In this document: piece after piece, positions 31,073 to 42,030 of the stretch
How the letters are laid out: every line of letters begins with the position of its first letter
Numbering within the stretch: position 1 is the stretch's first letter
Assembly: GCA_001303585.1 (NCBI GenBank)
Contig: LJTT01000007.1
Span: forward strand, 7,195-71,194
Reading direction: 5' to 3'
Length of the DNA: 64,000 nucleotides
From: Betaproteobacteria bacterium SG8_41
Lineage (GTDB): Bacteria > Pseudomonadota > Gammaproteobacteria > Burkholderiales > SG8-41
The notes under the pieces: generated by a model
Told to the model about the DNA's origin: nothing
Databases searched by the model: none
What the model saw: the letters and a program-made list of their open reading frames with translations, nothing else
Translations under genes and position numbers: made by a program

Positions 31073-32125
31073 TCACCAACCCGCGATGAGATCCGCGGCC
31101 GCTGGCGTCATGCCGCGCTCGACCCGCTTGACCGTCTCGTTCATGCGGCCGTGCAAGGCAGCCTCCACGCCAATCTCCGCGCCGCGCGCGGCGACGTAGC
31201 CGTTGATGAAGTCCGTTTCCGTGCGGCGTCGCTTGGCAATGTCCTGCGCCATCGAGGGGCGCTGATCGTCCGCGCGCTTCTTCGCCCCCTCGAGCAGAAT
31301 GTCGATGATCTCAGCTAGCGCGTCCTTGTAGCCCTCGCCGGCGCGCGCAAGGGTCTCCGGCTCCATGCCCAGCATCCGTTCCAGCGAGTATCCCAGCGCC
31401 TGGCCCACGCGGACCGCCTGGCTGCCAAGCCGGATGGAGAGCCAGCGCGGCCCTTCCGCAGTGTCGCGCTGGTTGCCATAAAGGCCCGTCGCGGCCGAAA
31501 GACCATTGCGCATCGAGTTGATCACGAGCTTCGACCAGCGCTCGCCCCACAGATTGGATGTCGCCTTCGCGCTGTCCACACTGCTCAGGAGCTCCGCCAC
31601 CTCCTGTACCCGCGGCGTGATTCGGCCGTGCGGCTCACCCACACGAAATACCGTGTGGCGTTCCCCGCCCATCGGCACGGTCCGCTTGATGCGGCCCGGC
31701 TCATAGAGCTCCGAGGCGATCAGGCTTGCGATGCAGCCCGTTGTCCGGCCCCACCCGACCAGCGCTGCGATACGCTCCTCGTTGATGCAGTTCTGAAGCG
31801 ACACCACGAACCCGTCGGCGGCGAGATATTGCCGGATAAGAAGCGTCGCCCATTCGGTGTCATACGATTTCACACTCACGAACGCGATATCGATGGGCCG
31901 CTGCCGGGACAGTTGCTGCACGTCGGTGATGTGCAGGGCGTTGACCTTCACCGTATACCGCTCCGCGTCGGTGACGCCGGAGAGCTCGAGCCCGCGCGCG
32001 CGCATTTGCTCGACGTGCTCGGGCCATGCGTCGATGAGCGTTACGTCATGCCCCGCGCGCGTCATGTGGCCGCCGACATAGCCGCCGATCGCCCCTGCCC
32101 CAACGAATACTATGCGCTTGCCCAT
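31073..32125 (-). CDS. Ketopantoate reductase (PanE/ApbA)-like 2-oxo-acid reductase
   Basis: GAGAIGG, VKSYDT, SLQN, RWSKL, SMAQD...TE..NG. Confidence 0.82.
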   Translation of the reverse strand: MGKRIVFVGAGAIGGYVGGHMTRAGHDVTLIDAWPEHVEQMRARGLELSGVTDAERYTVKVNALHITDVQQLSRQRPIDIAFVSVKSYDTEWATLLIRQYLAADGFVVSLQNCINEERIAALVGWGRTTGCIASLIASELYEPGRIKRTVPMGGERHTVFRVGEPHGRITPRVQEVAELLSSVDSAKATSNLWGERWSKLVINSMRNGLSAATGLYGNQRDTAEGPRWLSIRLGSQAVRVGQALGYSLERMLGMEPETLARAGEGYKDALAEIIDILLEGAKKRADDQRPSMAQDIAKRRRTETDFINGYVAARGAEIGVEAALHGRMNETVKRVERGMTPAAADLIAGW

Positions 32126-32198
32126 TCGTCTTTCTCGTTAACAGGTCACCCGTTGCCGCTCGACCAATTGAATTCCCCGAAGAGCCCTGCGTACCCTC

Positions 32199-32226
32199 CG
32201 GTCACAGGTCACTGGTCACCGGTCAT
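32199..32226. repeat. Heptamer arm starting at the dehydrogenase stop
   Basis: CGGTCAC AGGTCAC TGGTCAC CGGTCA (TCA is the stop). A degenerate partner lies near 32137-32157. Confidence 0.8.
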
Positions 32227-33278
32227 GCCCTCAGCTTTTGAATGATGGCGTCAGTCATCGCGCGGGTGCCCGCATTGCCGCCGAGATCCGGCGTAACGGC
32301 GTGTTTTTCCATTAGCACTTGGGCAAGTGCCTGCGCGATGCGATCCGCCGCCGCTGTCTCCCCGATATAGCGCAGCATCATCACGGCCGACAGGATCGAA
32401 GCCGTTGGATTGGCCACGTCCTTCCCGGCGATGTCGGGCGCACTGCCGTGCACGGCTTCGAAAATGGCGTAGTCGGTGCCGAAGTTGGCCCCAGGCGCGA
32501 CGCCGAGCCCTCCCACCAGCCCCGCCGCGAGATCGGACACGATGTCGCCGTAGAGATTGGGCAGCAGCAGGCAATCGTAGTCCTCCGGCCGCATCACCAG
32601 ATCCATGCACAAGGCATCGACGACGCGCTGGTCGACCAGGATATCGGAGCGCCCCTTGGCGATGCTTTGGGCCACTTTCAGGAACAGGCCGTCGGTCATC
32701 TTCATCACGTTGGCCTTGTGCCCGATGGTAAGGCGGCGCCGGCCCAGGCGCTGCATGTAGTCGAGCGCGAAACGCGTCACGCGCTCGGTACCGCGCTCGG
32801 AGATGATCTTGATGGCTTCGGCGGTTCCCTCGTCGACCATGCGTTCGACGCCAACGTAGAGGTCCTCGCTGTTCTCGCGGAAGATGAGCAGATCCACCTT
32901 CTCGTAGCGTGAAGGGATACCCGGATAATTCTTGATCGGGCGCACATTGACAAACAGCCCCAGCTCGCGCCGGAGCGCGATGGATATGCTCGGATACGAG
33001 CGCGCGACGCCGCCCGCCTGCACATCGTTGCGCTCGATCGTGACCCGGTAGTCGCCGCCGAACGGAGTCTGGGTGGGTCCCTTCAAGGCGATCTTGGTGA
33101 CCTCGATGGAGTCGAAAACCGGGCGCGGCAATGGCGTTCCGTGCTCGCGCTCCGCCCGCTGGCCTGCGACGACCTCTTCGAACGCCACCGTGGCACCCGA
33201 AGCTTCCACGATCGCGCGCGCCGCCGCGGTCACCTCCGGACCGATGCCGTCGCCTGGTATCAGGGTAATCCGTCGCAT
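32223..33278 (-). CDS. NAD-type beta-decarboxylating dehydrogenase (isocitrate/homoisocitrate/isopropylmalate family), substrate unknown
   Basis: IPGDGIGPE, LKGP, RENSEDLY, HKANVMK, NLYGDIVSD, EAVHGSAPDIAGK. Confidence 0.88.
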   Translation of the reverse strand: MRRITLIPGDGIGPEVTAAARAIVEASGATVAFEEVVAGQRAEREHGTPLPRPVFDSIEVTKIALKGPTQTPFGGDYRVTIERNDVQAGGVARSYPSISIALRRELGLFVNVRPIKNYPGIPSRYEKVDLLIFRENSEDLYVGVERMVDEGTAEAIKIISERGTERVTRFALDYMQRLGRRRLTIGHKANVMKMTDGLFLKVAQSIAKGRSDILVDQRVVDALCMDLVMRPEDYDCLLLPNLYGDIVSDLAAGLVGGLGVAPGANFGTDYAIFEAVHGSAPDIAGKDVANPTASILSAVMMLRYIGETAAADRIAQALAQVLMEKHAVTPDLGGNAGTRAMTDAIIQKLRA

Positions 33279-33283
33279 GGCGA

Positions 33284-34798
33284 TCAGGCCGCATCGGCCT
33301 CGGCGCCTTCGCGCCAGGCCTTCAGTTTGGGCAATAGGAACGGCAACAGCGCCGAGATGACGGACAGCGCCACGAGAACCACGCAGATTGTGCTGCCAAT
33401 CAGGATCCCGGGGTTGCCACCCGAGATGGTCATTGCCTGCCGGAACGACTGCTCCATCATGTCACCGAGAACCAGGGCGAGCACCAGCGGCGCGACCGGT
33501 ATATCGACTTTGCGGAAGACGTATCCGGTGATTCCGAAAAAGAGCAGCATATACAGTTCCACAGGATTGCCGTTGATCGCGTAAATGCCGATCGTGGAAA
33601 TGGCAAGGATGAAAGGCATCAGGATACCGCCCGGAATGTAGAGCAGTCGAACAAACAGGCCGATGAGCGGCAGATTGAGGATAAGCAGCATGATATTGCC
33701 GATGTACATGCTATCCACGAGTCCCCACACCAGGTCCGGGCGGTTCTGAAACAGCAAGGGGCCCGGCTGAATGCCATACATGATGAACGCGCCCAGCATG
33801 ACCGCGGTCGCGCCACCGCCGGGAATTCCCAGCGTCAGCAGCGGAACCAGCGCGCCGGCCGTGTCGGAGTTGTTGGCGGCTTCGGGGCCGGCAACCCCTT
33901 CGATAGCGCCCTGCCCGAACTGTTCTGGGTGTCTGGACAGGCGCTTTTCCCAGACATAAGTCATGATGCTGGCAATCGTGCCCCCCGCACCAGGCAGCAC
34001 GCCGATGACGAATCCGATCACGCCTCCACGCATGATCGGCATCACCGATCGGTTCCACTCCTCGCGCGTGAACCACAGCTTACCGCGCAGCTTGATCATC
34101 TCCGGCCGGATGCCCTTGATCATCTCCTCCATGGAGCTGAAAACTTCGGCGAGCGCAAACAAGCCGACCACGGCAATCACGAATCCCACTCCGTCCTGCA
34201 GCTCGGGCACGCCAGCAGTGTATCGCGGCTGCCCGCTCTGCAAATCGATGCCGATCGTTGCGATCATCAGCCCGAGAATCGTCGAGATCGCCGCCTTCGC
34301 CGGCGACTTGCCTGCCAGAGAAGAGACGGCGGTTATTGCAAAGAGCATCAGCGCAAAGTACTCGGCCGGCCCGAATTTCAGTGCCATGCTCGTGAGCGGC
34401 ACCGCGAATAGCGTCAGCCCGATGACGCCCAGCGTGCCCGCGATAAACGAGCCGACAGCTGAAATCGCCAGGGCCGCGCCCGCGCGCCCCTTCCTGGCCA
34501 TCTGGTAGCCGTCGATGGCCGTCATCACGGATGCCGACTCGCCCGGTGTGTTGATTAGAATGGCCGTCGTCGATCCGCCATATTTCGCGCCATAGTAAAT
34601 GCCCGCCAGCATGATCAGCGCGGAAGTGGGATCCATGCCGTAAGTGATCGGGATGAGCAGAGCAATGCTGGCCGATGGCCCGATCCCCGGGAGCACCCCA
34701 ACGATCGTGCCAAGGAACACCCCGATGAAGGTGTACATGAGATTGACCGGCTGCAGACACACGGCAAAACCGTTGATGATGTGCTGCAGGGTGTCCAT
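33284..34798 (-). CDS. tctA: Tripartite tricarboxylate transporter permease
   Basis: [46 protein letters not shown]. Confidence 0.93.
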   Translation of the reverse strand: MDTLQHIINGFAVCLQPVNLMYTFIGVFLGTIVGVLPGIGPSASIALLIPITYGMDPTSALIMLAGIYYGAKYGGSTTAILINTPGESASVMTAIDGYQMARKGRAGAALAISAVGSFIAGTLGVIGLTLFAVPLTSMALKFGPAEYFALMLFAITAVSSLAGKSPAKAAISTILGLMIATIGIDLQSGQPRYTAGVPELQDGVGFVIAVVGLFALAEVFSSMEEMIKGIRPEMIKLRGKLWFTREEWNRSVMPIMRGGVIGFVIGVLPGAGGTIASIMTYVWEKRLSRHPEQFGQGAIEGVAGPEAANNSDTAGALVPLLTLGIPGGGATAVMLGAFIMYGIQPGPLLFQNRPDLVWGLVDSMYIGNIMLLILNLPLIGLFVRLLYIPGGILMPFILAISTIGIYAINGNPVELYMLLFFGITGYVFRKVDIPVAPLVLALVLGDMMEQSFRQAMTISGGNPGILIGSTICVVLVALSVISALLPFLLPKLKAWREGAEADAA

Positions 34799-34811
34799 CA
34801 GCGTTTTTCCG

Positions 34812-35273
34812 TCAGAATGGCAGAACGCCTTGGGGCAGCGTCACGTCGAGCCAGGCGAACATGACGTAGCTGCCGACGCTGAAAAGCGACGCCGAAAGCG
34901 TGTTCGCAAGCCACTTGCCGCGGTTGAACCAAGCCATCAAAGGGAGCAAGAAGACAGTGGTCGCGACGACGTAGCCGAGCGTCTCGAATAATGAAAAGTA
35001 GAATGCCATCCAGACCACGACCACCCCGAGTACCGGCAGGTGGCGCCGGTCAGGTCTCGCCGGTTTCTGTAACTGCGGATCCGCCGACTTGATGTCCTTG
35101 AGATGCTCGACGAACAACAGACCCGTCGCCAACAAAAGGGCGATGCCCAGCAGGATCGGAAACGCCTTCGGCCCCAGCGGATCCCCGATCTCGAGCGACG
35201 GAATCTGGGACGTGCCGTAGAAGTAAGCCACCGCCAGCATCACGCAACAGGCGATGATGATTCGGTCGGCCAT
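34812..35273 (-). CDS. tctB: Tripartite tricarboxylate transporter small subunit
   Basis: About four TM segments, DPLGPKAFP, C-terminal LPQG; directly upstream of tctA. Confidence 0.88.
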   Translation of the reverse strand: MADRIIIACCVMLAVAYFYGTSQIPSLEIGDPLGPKAFPILLGIALLLATGLLFVEHLKDIKSADPQLQKPARPDRRHLPVLGVVVVWMAFYFSLFETLGYVVATTVFLLPLMAWFNRGKWLANTLSASLFSVGSYVMFAWLDVTLPQGVLPF

Positions 35274-35443
35274 CGCGTTGTTCTCCTCCTGCCAACGACC
35301 AGTTTTGCAACATGCCGACTGTCATCGTCGGTTCAACTGTCCAGCCAGCGGTGCGGCGCTTCTTCTCTGGACTCGCGGGCGATTCTACCGAATTCTCCCG
35401 TCACCGTGTTGCGATCAGCGCCACCCCTGCCCGGGGCGCAAAC

Positions 35444-37060
35444 CTACATCTGTTTGCGATACTCGGCCGGATCGATCCGCGCCTCGATGAGAGTGAAACG
35501 CGGGGACTTCAGCGCCGCTCGCGCTGCCTTCCCAAGCTCCTCGACGTTGCGGACGACATGACCGTTGCCGCCGTAAGCGCGAGCAAGCGCTGCGTAGTCC
35601 GGGCTGCCGGTCACCACGCCGCTTTCCGGCAGCTTCATGCGCTCCTGCTTCAGCTTGATCAGCGACAGCGTGTCGTCGCGGAACACGACGACCGTGATGG
35701 CCAGCTTGTGATGTGAGAGCAGCGCCAGCTCGCCGATTACCATGTCGAGCCCGGCCTCCCCCGTCATGGCAAGAACCGGGCGCCGCGGAAAGATCAGCTT
35801 CGCAGCAATCGCCGCGGGAAGGCCATAGCCCATCGAGCCCAAACCGTTCGACTGCAGCATCCGCTGCGGCTCGTAGGACTCCCAGACATGGTTGATCAGG
35901 ATCCGGTGGGACCCCGTGTCCACCGTGGCAATCGTGTCGCGCGGAAACACGGCGCGCAGCGTCGACACCACCTGGAACGGCCCCAGGCGCCGGGCCGGCC
36001 GGTGCGCGATCGCCTGGCGCACGGCCGCCCGATGGCCCGCAAGTTGGGCATCGGGCCAGCGGCGCGGGGCACTCCTCGGAGCCCCCGCCGAAAGCTGGCG
36101 CAGGGCCTGCGCAATGCTGCCGATGCACTCGATCGAGCATTGATAGACATGATGCGTATTGGCAACCAGGTCGATGTTGACCGTGCGCTTGGCTGCGTCC
36201 CACGGGGCCATCCAATCGGCTCTCAGCTCCACGGGATCGAAACCGATCGTCAGGATCAGGTCTGCATCGCGCACCTGCTCCATGTGAATGCGATCCACGA
36301 CTGGCGACAGGCCGGTTCCGCCGAGCACCAGGGGATGGTCCTCGGGGATGATGCCCTTCGCCTTGTACGTGGTGATGACCGGCACGCGCCACCGCTGCGC
36401 GAAGCGCCAGAGGTCCCGCGCAGCGCCGTCCAGCTGCGCGCCCAACCCGACCAGCGCCAGCGGTTTGCGTGCGCGCGCGAGCCAGGCACGCACCTTTCCC
36501 AAGTTCGCCATCGCGGGGGCGGACTGGAGTTGCGTCCGCGCGAAGCGCTTACCCGCCGCAGGCTGTTGCACCGCTGCCACGTCCGTCGGCAGATTGAAGT
36601 GCACCGGGCCCGGCAGGGCCGCCTGCGCGATCGCGATGCCTTTCTCGACCTGGGCGGACGCGCCCGAGGCTGCGATCATCGTCGACCACTTGACGATGGG
36701 CCTCATCACCTCGCACTGATCGATGATCTGGTGCGTGAAGACCGGTTTCAGTCCGGTGGCGATCTCGCCGGTGATTACCATCAGCGCCGAACGGTCGAGC
36801 AGCGCTTGTGCGACTGGCGTAACGGCGTTGGTAAAACCGGGCCCCAGCGTTGCCACCAGCACGCCAGGCTTTCCGGTCAGCTGGAAGCTCGCCTCGGCCA
36901 TGAAGCCGGCGCCGAGTTCCTGTTTCGTGAGAATGAAACGGATGCCGGCCCTGCGGAACGCCTCAAGCAGTTCCAGGACCTCGCCGCCCGGGATACCGAA
37001 AGCGTAACGCACGCCCGCCGCCTTTAGGGACTGGGCGATGATGTCAGCCGTTTTTGGCAA
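35444..37060 (-). CDS. Thiamine diphosphate-dependent enzyme (acetolactate synthase/decarboxylase superfamily)
   Basis: FGIPGGE, KQE (catalytic Glu), TLGPG, PGPVH, SNGLGSMGYGLPAA, ThDP motif GEAG...D; TTG start. Confidence 0.87.
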   Translation of the reverse strand: MPKTADIIAQSLKAAGVRYAFGIPGGEVLELLEAFRRAGIRFILTKQELGAGFMAEASFQLTGKPGVLVATLGPGFTNAVTPVAQALLDRSALMVITGEIATGLKPVFTHQIIDQCEVMRPIVKWSTMIAASGASAQVEKGIAIAQAALPGPVHFNLPTDVAAVQQPAAGKRFARTQLQSAPAMANLGKVRAWLARARKPLALVGLGAQLDGAARDLWRFAQRWRVPVITTYKAKGIIPEDHPLVLGGTGLSPVVDRIHMEQVRDADLILTIGFDPVELRADWMAPWDAAKRTVNIDLVANTHHVYQCSIECIGSIAQALRQLSAGAPRSAPRRWPDAQLAGHRAAVRQAIAHRPARRLGPFQVVSTLRAVFPRDTIATVDTGSHRILINHVWESYEPQRMLQSNGLGSMGYGLPAAIAAKLIFPRRPVLAMTGEAGLDMVIGELALLSHHKLAITVVVFRDDTLSLIKLKQERMKLPESGVVTGSPDYAALARAYGGNGHVVRNVEELGKAARAALKSPRFTLIEARIDPAEYRKQM

Positions 37061-37310
37061 GAGAAATTCTCCGGAGCGCCGCGGGCTGCATCAAGAACCC
37101 CTGCAACCAACGCGATGGGCGGCGATGTTAACACAGCCTGAGACCATGCTATTCGCCTATCGAGAGCTGGCGGGTCCATTTCGTGGATGGGCGTCTATGC
37201 CCATGCCGCGGCGCACTATATAATCGCCCTTCCGCGCCGAGGGACCCGAGGCGCCGCGACCATTCAGAATATCCGCTGAGCTGATACGCCGGCGGCACCC
37301 AGGAGCAACC

Positions 37311-39995
37311 ATGACGCAGAATCCGTTCAACTCCCTCCAGGAGTTCAAGTACGCCGGAAAGACCGGCAAGTATTGTTCGCTTCCCGCGCTCGAAAAAGCC
37401 GGCCTCGGCAAGATCTCCCGCCTGCCCGTGAGCCTGCGGATCGTTCTCGAGTCCGCATTGCGCAATTGCGATGGCAAAAAAATCTCGGAGGAACACCTGC
37501 GCACGCTGGCAGGCTGGAAGCCCAAGGCGGAGCGCACCAAGGAGGTTCCAATCGTTGTCGCGCGCGTGCTGCTCCAGGACATGACGGGCGTTCCGCTGGT
37601 CGTCGATTTTGCGGCAATGCGCGAAGCGGCGAAGGCGCAGGGCAAGGACCCCGATATCATCGAGCCGATCGTGCCTGGTCACCTCATCATGGACCACTCG
37701 GTGCAGATCGACAATTACGGTGGCCCGGATGCCCTCAAGAAGAACATGGAGATCGAGTTCTCTCGCAACCGCGAGCGCTACCAGTTCCTGAAATGGAGCG
37801 CGCAGGCGTTCAAGACCTTCCAGATCATTCCGCCGGGCAACGGCATCTGTCACCAGGTCAATCTCGAATACGTCTCCCGGGTCGTGTGGCAGAAGGATGG
37901 CATGTTCTATCCCGACAGCCTTGTCGGTATCGACTCGCATACCACGATGGTGAACGGCCTCGGCGTGCTGGGATGGGGTGTCGGCGGCATCGAGGCGGAA
38001 GCGGCCATGCTGGGCCAGCCGATGTACTTCCTGGAGCCCGACGTGGTCGGCGTGCATCTCACCGGGAAGATGTCCGAGGGGGTCACCGCCACCGATCTCG
38101 TGCTCGCGATCGTCAAGTTGCTCCGCGACCGGAAGGTCGTTGGCAAGTTCGTGGAGTTCTTCGGTGAAGGCGCAGCCTCGCTGACTGTGCCCGATCGCGC
38201 CACCATCGGCAACATGTCACCCGAGTATGGCGCGACGTGCGGCTTCTTCCCGGTGGACGACGTGTCCTGCGCGTTCCTGCAGATGACGGGACGCGGTGAC
38301 ATCGTGCCGGCGGTCAAGGCCTACTATCAGGCACAGGGCATGTACGGCATGCCGAAAAAGGGCGACATCGATTACTCCGAAGTCGTCGAGCTCGATATCT
38401 CGACGGTCCGTCCGGCGGTATCCGGGCCGCGTCGACCGCATGATCGGCTCGATCTGCCGGCGCTCAAAGGCAAGTACCAGGAGCTCATGGGCAAGGCTTT
38501 CACCGATGGCGGCTACGGCAAAGGTAGTGAGATGGAAAAACGCGTCCCGACCGGCAAAGACAACATCGATGTCGGCCATGGCGACGTGCTGATTTCCGCC
38601 ATCACGTCATGCACGAACACGTCAAACCCGGGCGTGCTGCTCGGCGCGGGATTGCTCGCAAAGAAGGCGATCGATAAAGGGCTCAAGCCGCCAGCACGGG
38701 TCAAGACGTCTCTTGCCCCCGGCTCGCGCGCTGTGACTGAGTATCTGAAAAATGCCGGCCTGCTCACCTATCTGGAGCAGCTCGGCTATTACCTCGCCGG
38801 TTATGGTTGCACCACGTGCATCGGCAACTCCGGCCCGCTCGACCCGAAGATCGATGAAGCCGTGGCCAAGAATGACATCGTCGCGGCAGCCGTGCTTTCG
38901 GGCAACCGCAACTTCGAAGCCCGGATCCATCAGAACATCAAGGCGAACTTCCTGATGAGCCCGCCGCTCGTCGTCGCGTTCGGGCTGGCCGGCACCGTCA
39001 ACATCGACTTGACCAAGGATCCGCTCGGCACCGGCAAGGACGGCAAGCCCGTCTTCCTGAAGGATATCTGGCCGAGCCAGAAGGAAATCGCGGACGTCAT
39101 GAAGTACGCCACGGACCCCGACATGTACAAGAAGGTGTTCTCGGCGTTCCAGGAGGGCAATCCGATGTGGGACGAGATTCCGGCCTCGGTCGGATCGACC
39201 TACCAATGGGACGAGAAATCGACCTACGTGCGCCTTCCGCCCTACTTCGAGGGCTTCACCATGAAGCCGGGCAAGGTTTCGGACGTGAGGGGCGCGCGCG
39301 TGCTGGGCATATTCGGCGATTCGATCACGACCGACCACATCAGCCCGGCGGGTGGCATTCGCGCCACCTCGCCTGCCGGCAAGTACCTGCAGGATCACGG
39401 TGTGGCGGTCGCTGACTTCAACACCTACGGAGCGCGCCGCGGAAACCACGAGGTCATGATGCGCGGCACGTTCGCCAATGTGCGGATCAAGAACCTCATG
39501 GTTCCGGGTACCGAGGGCGGCCTCACCATCCACCATCCCTCCGGTGAGCAGACCTCGATCTATGAGGCTGCCATGCGCTACATCAAGGAAGGCGTCCCCT
39601 CGGTCGTGTTCGGTGGCGATGAATATGGCCAGGGCTCTTCGCGCGACTGGGCCGCCAAGGGCCCGCAGCTGCTGGGCTCAAAAGCAGTCATCGTCCGCAA
39701 TTTCGAGCGGATTCACCGTGCCAACCTGGTCTTCATGGGCGTGCTGCCTCTGCAGTTCAAGGACGGCGCCAGCGTGCAGTCGCTCAAGATCGATGGCTCG
39801 GAAACCATCGACATCCTGGGAATCGAGAACGGCATCACCCCGATGCAGGACGTCACCATGGTCGTTCACCGGAAGAACGGTCAGACCGACAAGGTTCCGC
39901 TGCGGCTGCGAATCGACACGCCGATCGAGGTGGAGTACTACCAGCACGGCGGCATCCTGCCCTACGTGTTGCGCGAGCTCCTCGCAGCAGCCTAG
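37311..39995 (+). CDS. acnA: Aconitate hydratase A
   Basis: [66 protein letters not shown]. Confidence 0.93.
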   Translation: MTQNPFNSLQEFKYAGKTGKYCSLPALEKAGLGKISRLPVSLRIVLESALRNCDGKKISEEHLRTLAGWKPKAERTKEVPIVVARVLLQDMTGVPLVVDFAAMREAAKAQGKDPDIIEPIVPGHLIMDHSVQIDNYGGPDALKKNMEIEFSRNRERYQFLKWSAQAFKTFQIIPPGNGICHQVNLEYVSRVVWQKDGMFYPDSLVGIDSHTTMVNGLGVLGWGVGGIEAEAAMLGQPMYFLEPDVVGVHLTGKMSEGVTATDLVLAIVKLLRDRKVVGKFVEFFGEGAASLTVPDRATIGNMSPEYGATCGFFPVDDVSCAFLQMTGRGDIVPAVKAYYQAQGMYGMPKKGDIDYSEVVELDISTVRPAVSGPRRPHDRLDLPALKGKYQELMGKAFTDGGYGKGSEMEKRVPTGKDNIDVGHGDVLISAITSCTNTSNPGVLLGAGLLAKKAIDKGLKPPARVKTSLAPGSRAVTEYLKNAGLLTYLEQLGYYLAGYGCTTCIGNSGPLDPKIDEAVAKNDIVAAAVLSGNRNFEARIHQNIKANFLMSPPLVVAFGLAGTVNIDLTKDPLGTGKDGKPVFLKDIWPSQKEIADVMKYATDPDMYKKVFSAFQEGNPMWDEIPASVGSTYQWDEKSTYVRLPPYFEGFTMKPGKVSDVRGARVLGIFGDSITTDHISPAGGIRATSPAGKYLQDHGVAVADFNTYGARRGNHEVMMRGTFANVRIKNLMVPGTEGGLTIHHPSGEQTSIYEAAMRYIKEGVPSVVFGGDEYGQGSSRDWAAKGPQLLGSKAVIVRNFERIHRANLVFMGVLPLQFKDGASVQSLKIDGSETIDILGIENGITPMQDVTMVVHRKNGQTDKVPLRLRIDTPIEVEYYQHGGILPYVLRELLAAA

Positions 39996-40036
39996 AATCG
40001 TGCATAGCCGGCGCCTTACCGGGCGCCGGTTCCCAT

Positions 40037-40073
40037 ACAGGCCGGCGTCCACAAGACACCGGCCTGTTTCTTT
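40037..40073 (+). terminator. Rho-independent terminator-like hairpin after acnA
   Basis: ACAGGCCGGCGTC-CACAA-GACACCGGCCTGT followed by TTCTTT. A second hairpin lies at 40008-40029. Confidence 0.6.
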
Positions 40074-40121
40074 AGACCCTGCTTCAAGCTGTTGTTTATA
40101 ATGGCGCGTTCCAGATCAGAC

Positions 40122-41561
40122 ATGCCCAAGTCCGCTCCCTCCACTGTCAACCGCGCCGCCCCGCTCGAGCGTATCCGCGCCGTTGTCGGCGACCGGGGCA
40201 TGCTCACCGATGGAGCGGATCTGGAACCGTACGTGGTCGACTGGCGCGGCTTGTTTCGCGGAGTGACCCCCGCGGTCGTGCGCCCGGCAAGCACGGCCGA
40301 AGTCGCCGCAGTCGTGAAAATCTGTGCCGAGACGCGCACCCCGATCGTTCCCCAGGGCGGCAACACCGGCATGTGCGGCGCTGCGACCCCCTCTCCCGCC
40401 GGCACCGAGATCGTCCTGTCGCTCGGGCGGATGAACCGAATCCGCGAGGTTGACCCATTAAACAATACGATCACGGCGGAGGCAGGGTGCATCCTCGCCC
40501 ACATCCAGGAGGCGGCCCTGGAGGCGGATCGCTTCTTTCCGCTTAGTCTTGGCGCCGAGGGCAGCTGCCAGATTGGCGGCAATCTTGCGACCAACGCGGG
40601 CGGCGTCAACGTCCTGCGTTACGGCAACACGCGCGAGCTTGCGCTTGGGCTGGAAGTCGTCCTCCCGGATGGACGGGTGTGGGAAGGCCTGCGCGGGTTA
40701 CGCAAGGACAACACCGGTTACGACCTGAAGGACCTCTTCATCGGGTCGGAAGGCACCCTCGGCATCATTACTGCGGCAGTGCTGAAAGTGTTTCCGAGAC
40801 CGCGCACTGTCGTCACCGCGCTCGCTGTTGTCCCGGACCCTGCGGCAGCGGTGGCGCTGCTGACCTTGCTGCGCCGCGAGTGCGGCGAGAGCATCAGCGC
40901 ATTCGAGCTCATCTCGCGGCTGTGTCTCGATCTCGTTTTCAAGCATATTCCCGACACGCGCGATCCGTTTGGCAAGGCACACGGCTGGTACGTGCTGGCG
41001 GAGCTCGCTGATGCGAGTGAGGAAGGACCGCTTGGCGCCGCCTTCGAGCACGCGATGGGGCTGGCCGTCGAGCGCGGGCTCGTCGTCGACGCCGTCATCG
41101 CCGGCACCGAGGCGCAACGCCGCTCCTTGTGGCGACTGCGCGAGTCGGTGCCCGAGGCTTCGCGCGAGGAAGGAATGGTGTACCGCCACGATATTTCCGT
41201 GTCGGTGAGCCGCATCCCCGATTTCATCCCGACCGCTGCAGCGGCGCTCGATCGCAGCTTTTCGGGGGTGCGGATCATCTGCTTTGGCCACCTTGGGGAC
41301 GGCAACCTTCACTACAATGCCTTCGTTCCCGGCCGCCGCCGGGACAACCCTTCTGATCGCGATGCCACTGACGTCTTTCGCGTCGTCCACGACATCGTGC
41401 ATCGCTTTGGCGGGAGCTTCAGCGCCGAGCATGGCATCGGTCAGGCCAAGCGCAGCGAGCTCGCGCAGTACAAGAGCGCGCTGGAAATCGAGCTGATGCA
41501 GATGCTGAAGCGCACGCTGGATCCACAGGGCATCATGAATCCCGGCAAGGTACTACCCTGA
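40122..41561 (+). CDS. FAD-linked 2-hydroxyacid dehydrogenase (D-2-hydroxyglutarate/D-lactate dehydrogenase-like)
   Basis: PQGGNTG, GSCQIGGNLATNAGG, GSEGTLGIIT, GHLGDGNLHYN, SAEHGIG. Confidence 0.9.
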   Translation: MPKSAPSTVNRAAPLERIRAVVGDRGMLTDGADLEPYVVDWRGLFRGVTPAVVRPASTAEVAAVVKICAETRTPIVPQGGNTGMCGAATPSPAGTEIVLSLGRMNRIREVDPLNNTITAEAGCILAHIQEAALEADRFFPLSLGAEGSCQIGGNLATNAGGVNVLRYGNTRELALGLEVVLPDGRVWEGLRGLRKDNTGYDLKDLFIGSEGTLGIITAAVLKVFPRPRTVVTALAVVPDPAAAVALLTLLRRECGESISAFELISRLCLDLVFKHIPDTRDPFGKAHGWYVLAELADASEEGPLGAAFEHAMGLAVERGLVVDAVIAGTEAQRRSLWRLRESVPEASREEGMVYRHDISVSVSRIPDFIPTAAAALDRSFSGVRIICFGHLGDGNLHYNAFVPGRRRDNPSDRDATDVFRVVHDIVHRFGGSFSAEHGIGQAKRSELAQYKSALEIELMQMLKRTLDPQGIMNPGKVLP

Positions 41562-41612
41562 CCGGTGACCCGTGCCCGGAACTTTTCGTGGCCTTGGCGG
41601 GTCACTTTGCAC
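41558..41612. repeat. Heptamer inverted-arm element starting at the stop codon
   Basis: C-TGA-CCG GTGACCC GTGCCCG ... GGGTCAC TTTGCAC. Confidence 0.65.
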
Positions 41613-41636
41613 TGGTCGTCAATATTGGAGTCTGAG

Positions 41637-41993
41637 ATGGCCGACAAGATCGTGAAGACGGATGCGGAATGGAAGAAGCAGCTCGATCCCGAACAGTTTC
41701 ACGTCGCCCGGGAAAAAGGCACTGAGCCCGCTTTCAGCGGTGCTTACTGGGACCACCACGAGCGCGGCGTCTACCGCTGCGTCTGCTGCGGCGCGGAACT
41801 TTTCGGTTCGGACCAGAAATTTGATTCCGGAACCGGCTGGCCCAGCTTCTGGCAACCGCTGAAAGCGGAAAACGTCGCGACCGAGGACGACTACGGCTTC
41901 CTCATGCGCCGCACCGAGGTACTGTGCAGCCGCTGCGACGCTCATCTCGGTCATGTCTTCGAGGACGGCCCCGCCCCGACCGGGCTGCGTTAC
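41637..41993 (+). pseudogene. msrB: Methionine-R-sulfoxide reductase truncated just before the catalytic Cys
   Basis: GTEPAF, CVCC, KFDSGTGWPSF, CDAHLGHVFEDGP, GLRY, then unrelated PATRAH... instead of CxNS. Confidence 0.8.
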
Positions 41994-42030
41994 CCAGCTA
42001 CCCGCGCCCATGTTCCACGATCTGTTACTC

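Noticed and set aside
28784-33278. Calling these genes the leucine biosynthesis operon leuCDB
   Set aside because: Signature residues deviate, and the usual asd/truA context is replaced by tctAB and a PanE-like gene; gene symbols withheld.
41991-41999. Selenocysteine MsrB or programmed recoding
   Set aside because: The codon after TAC is CCA, not TGA, and I found no CxNS in the nearby frames.
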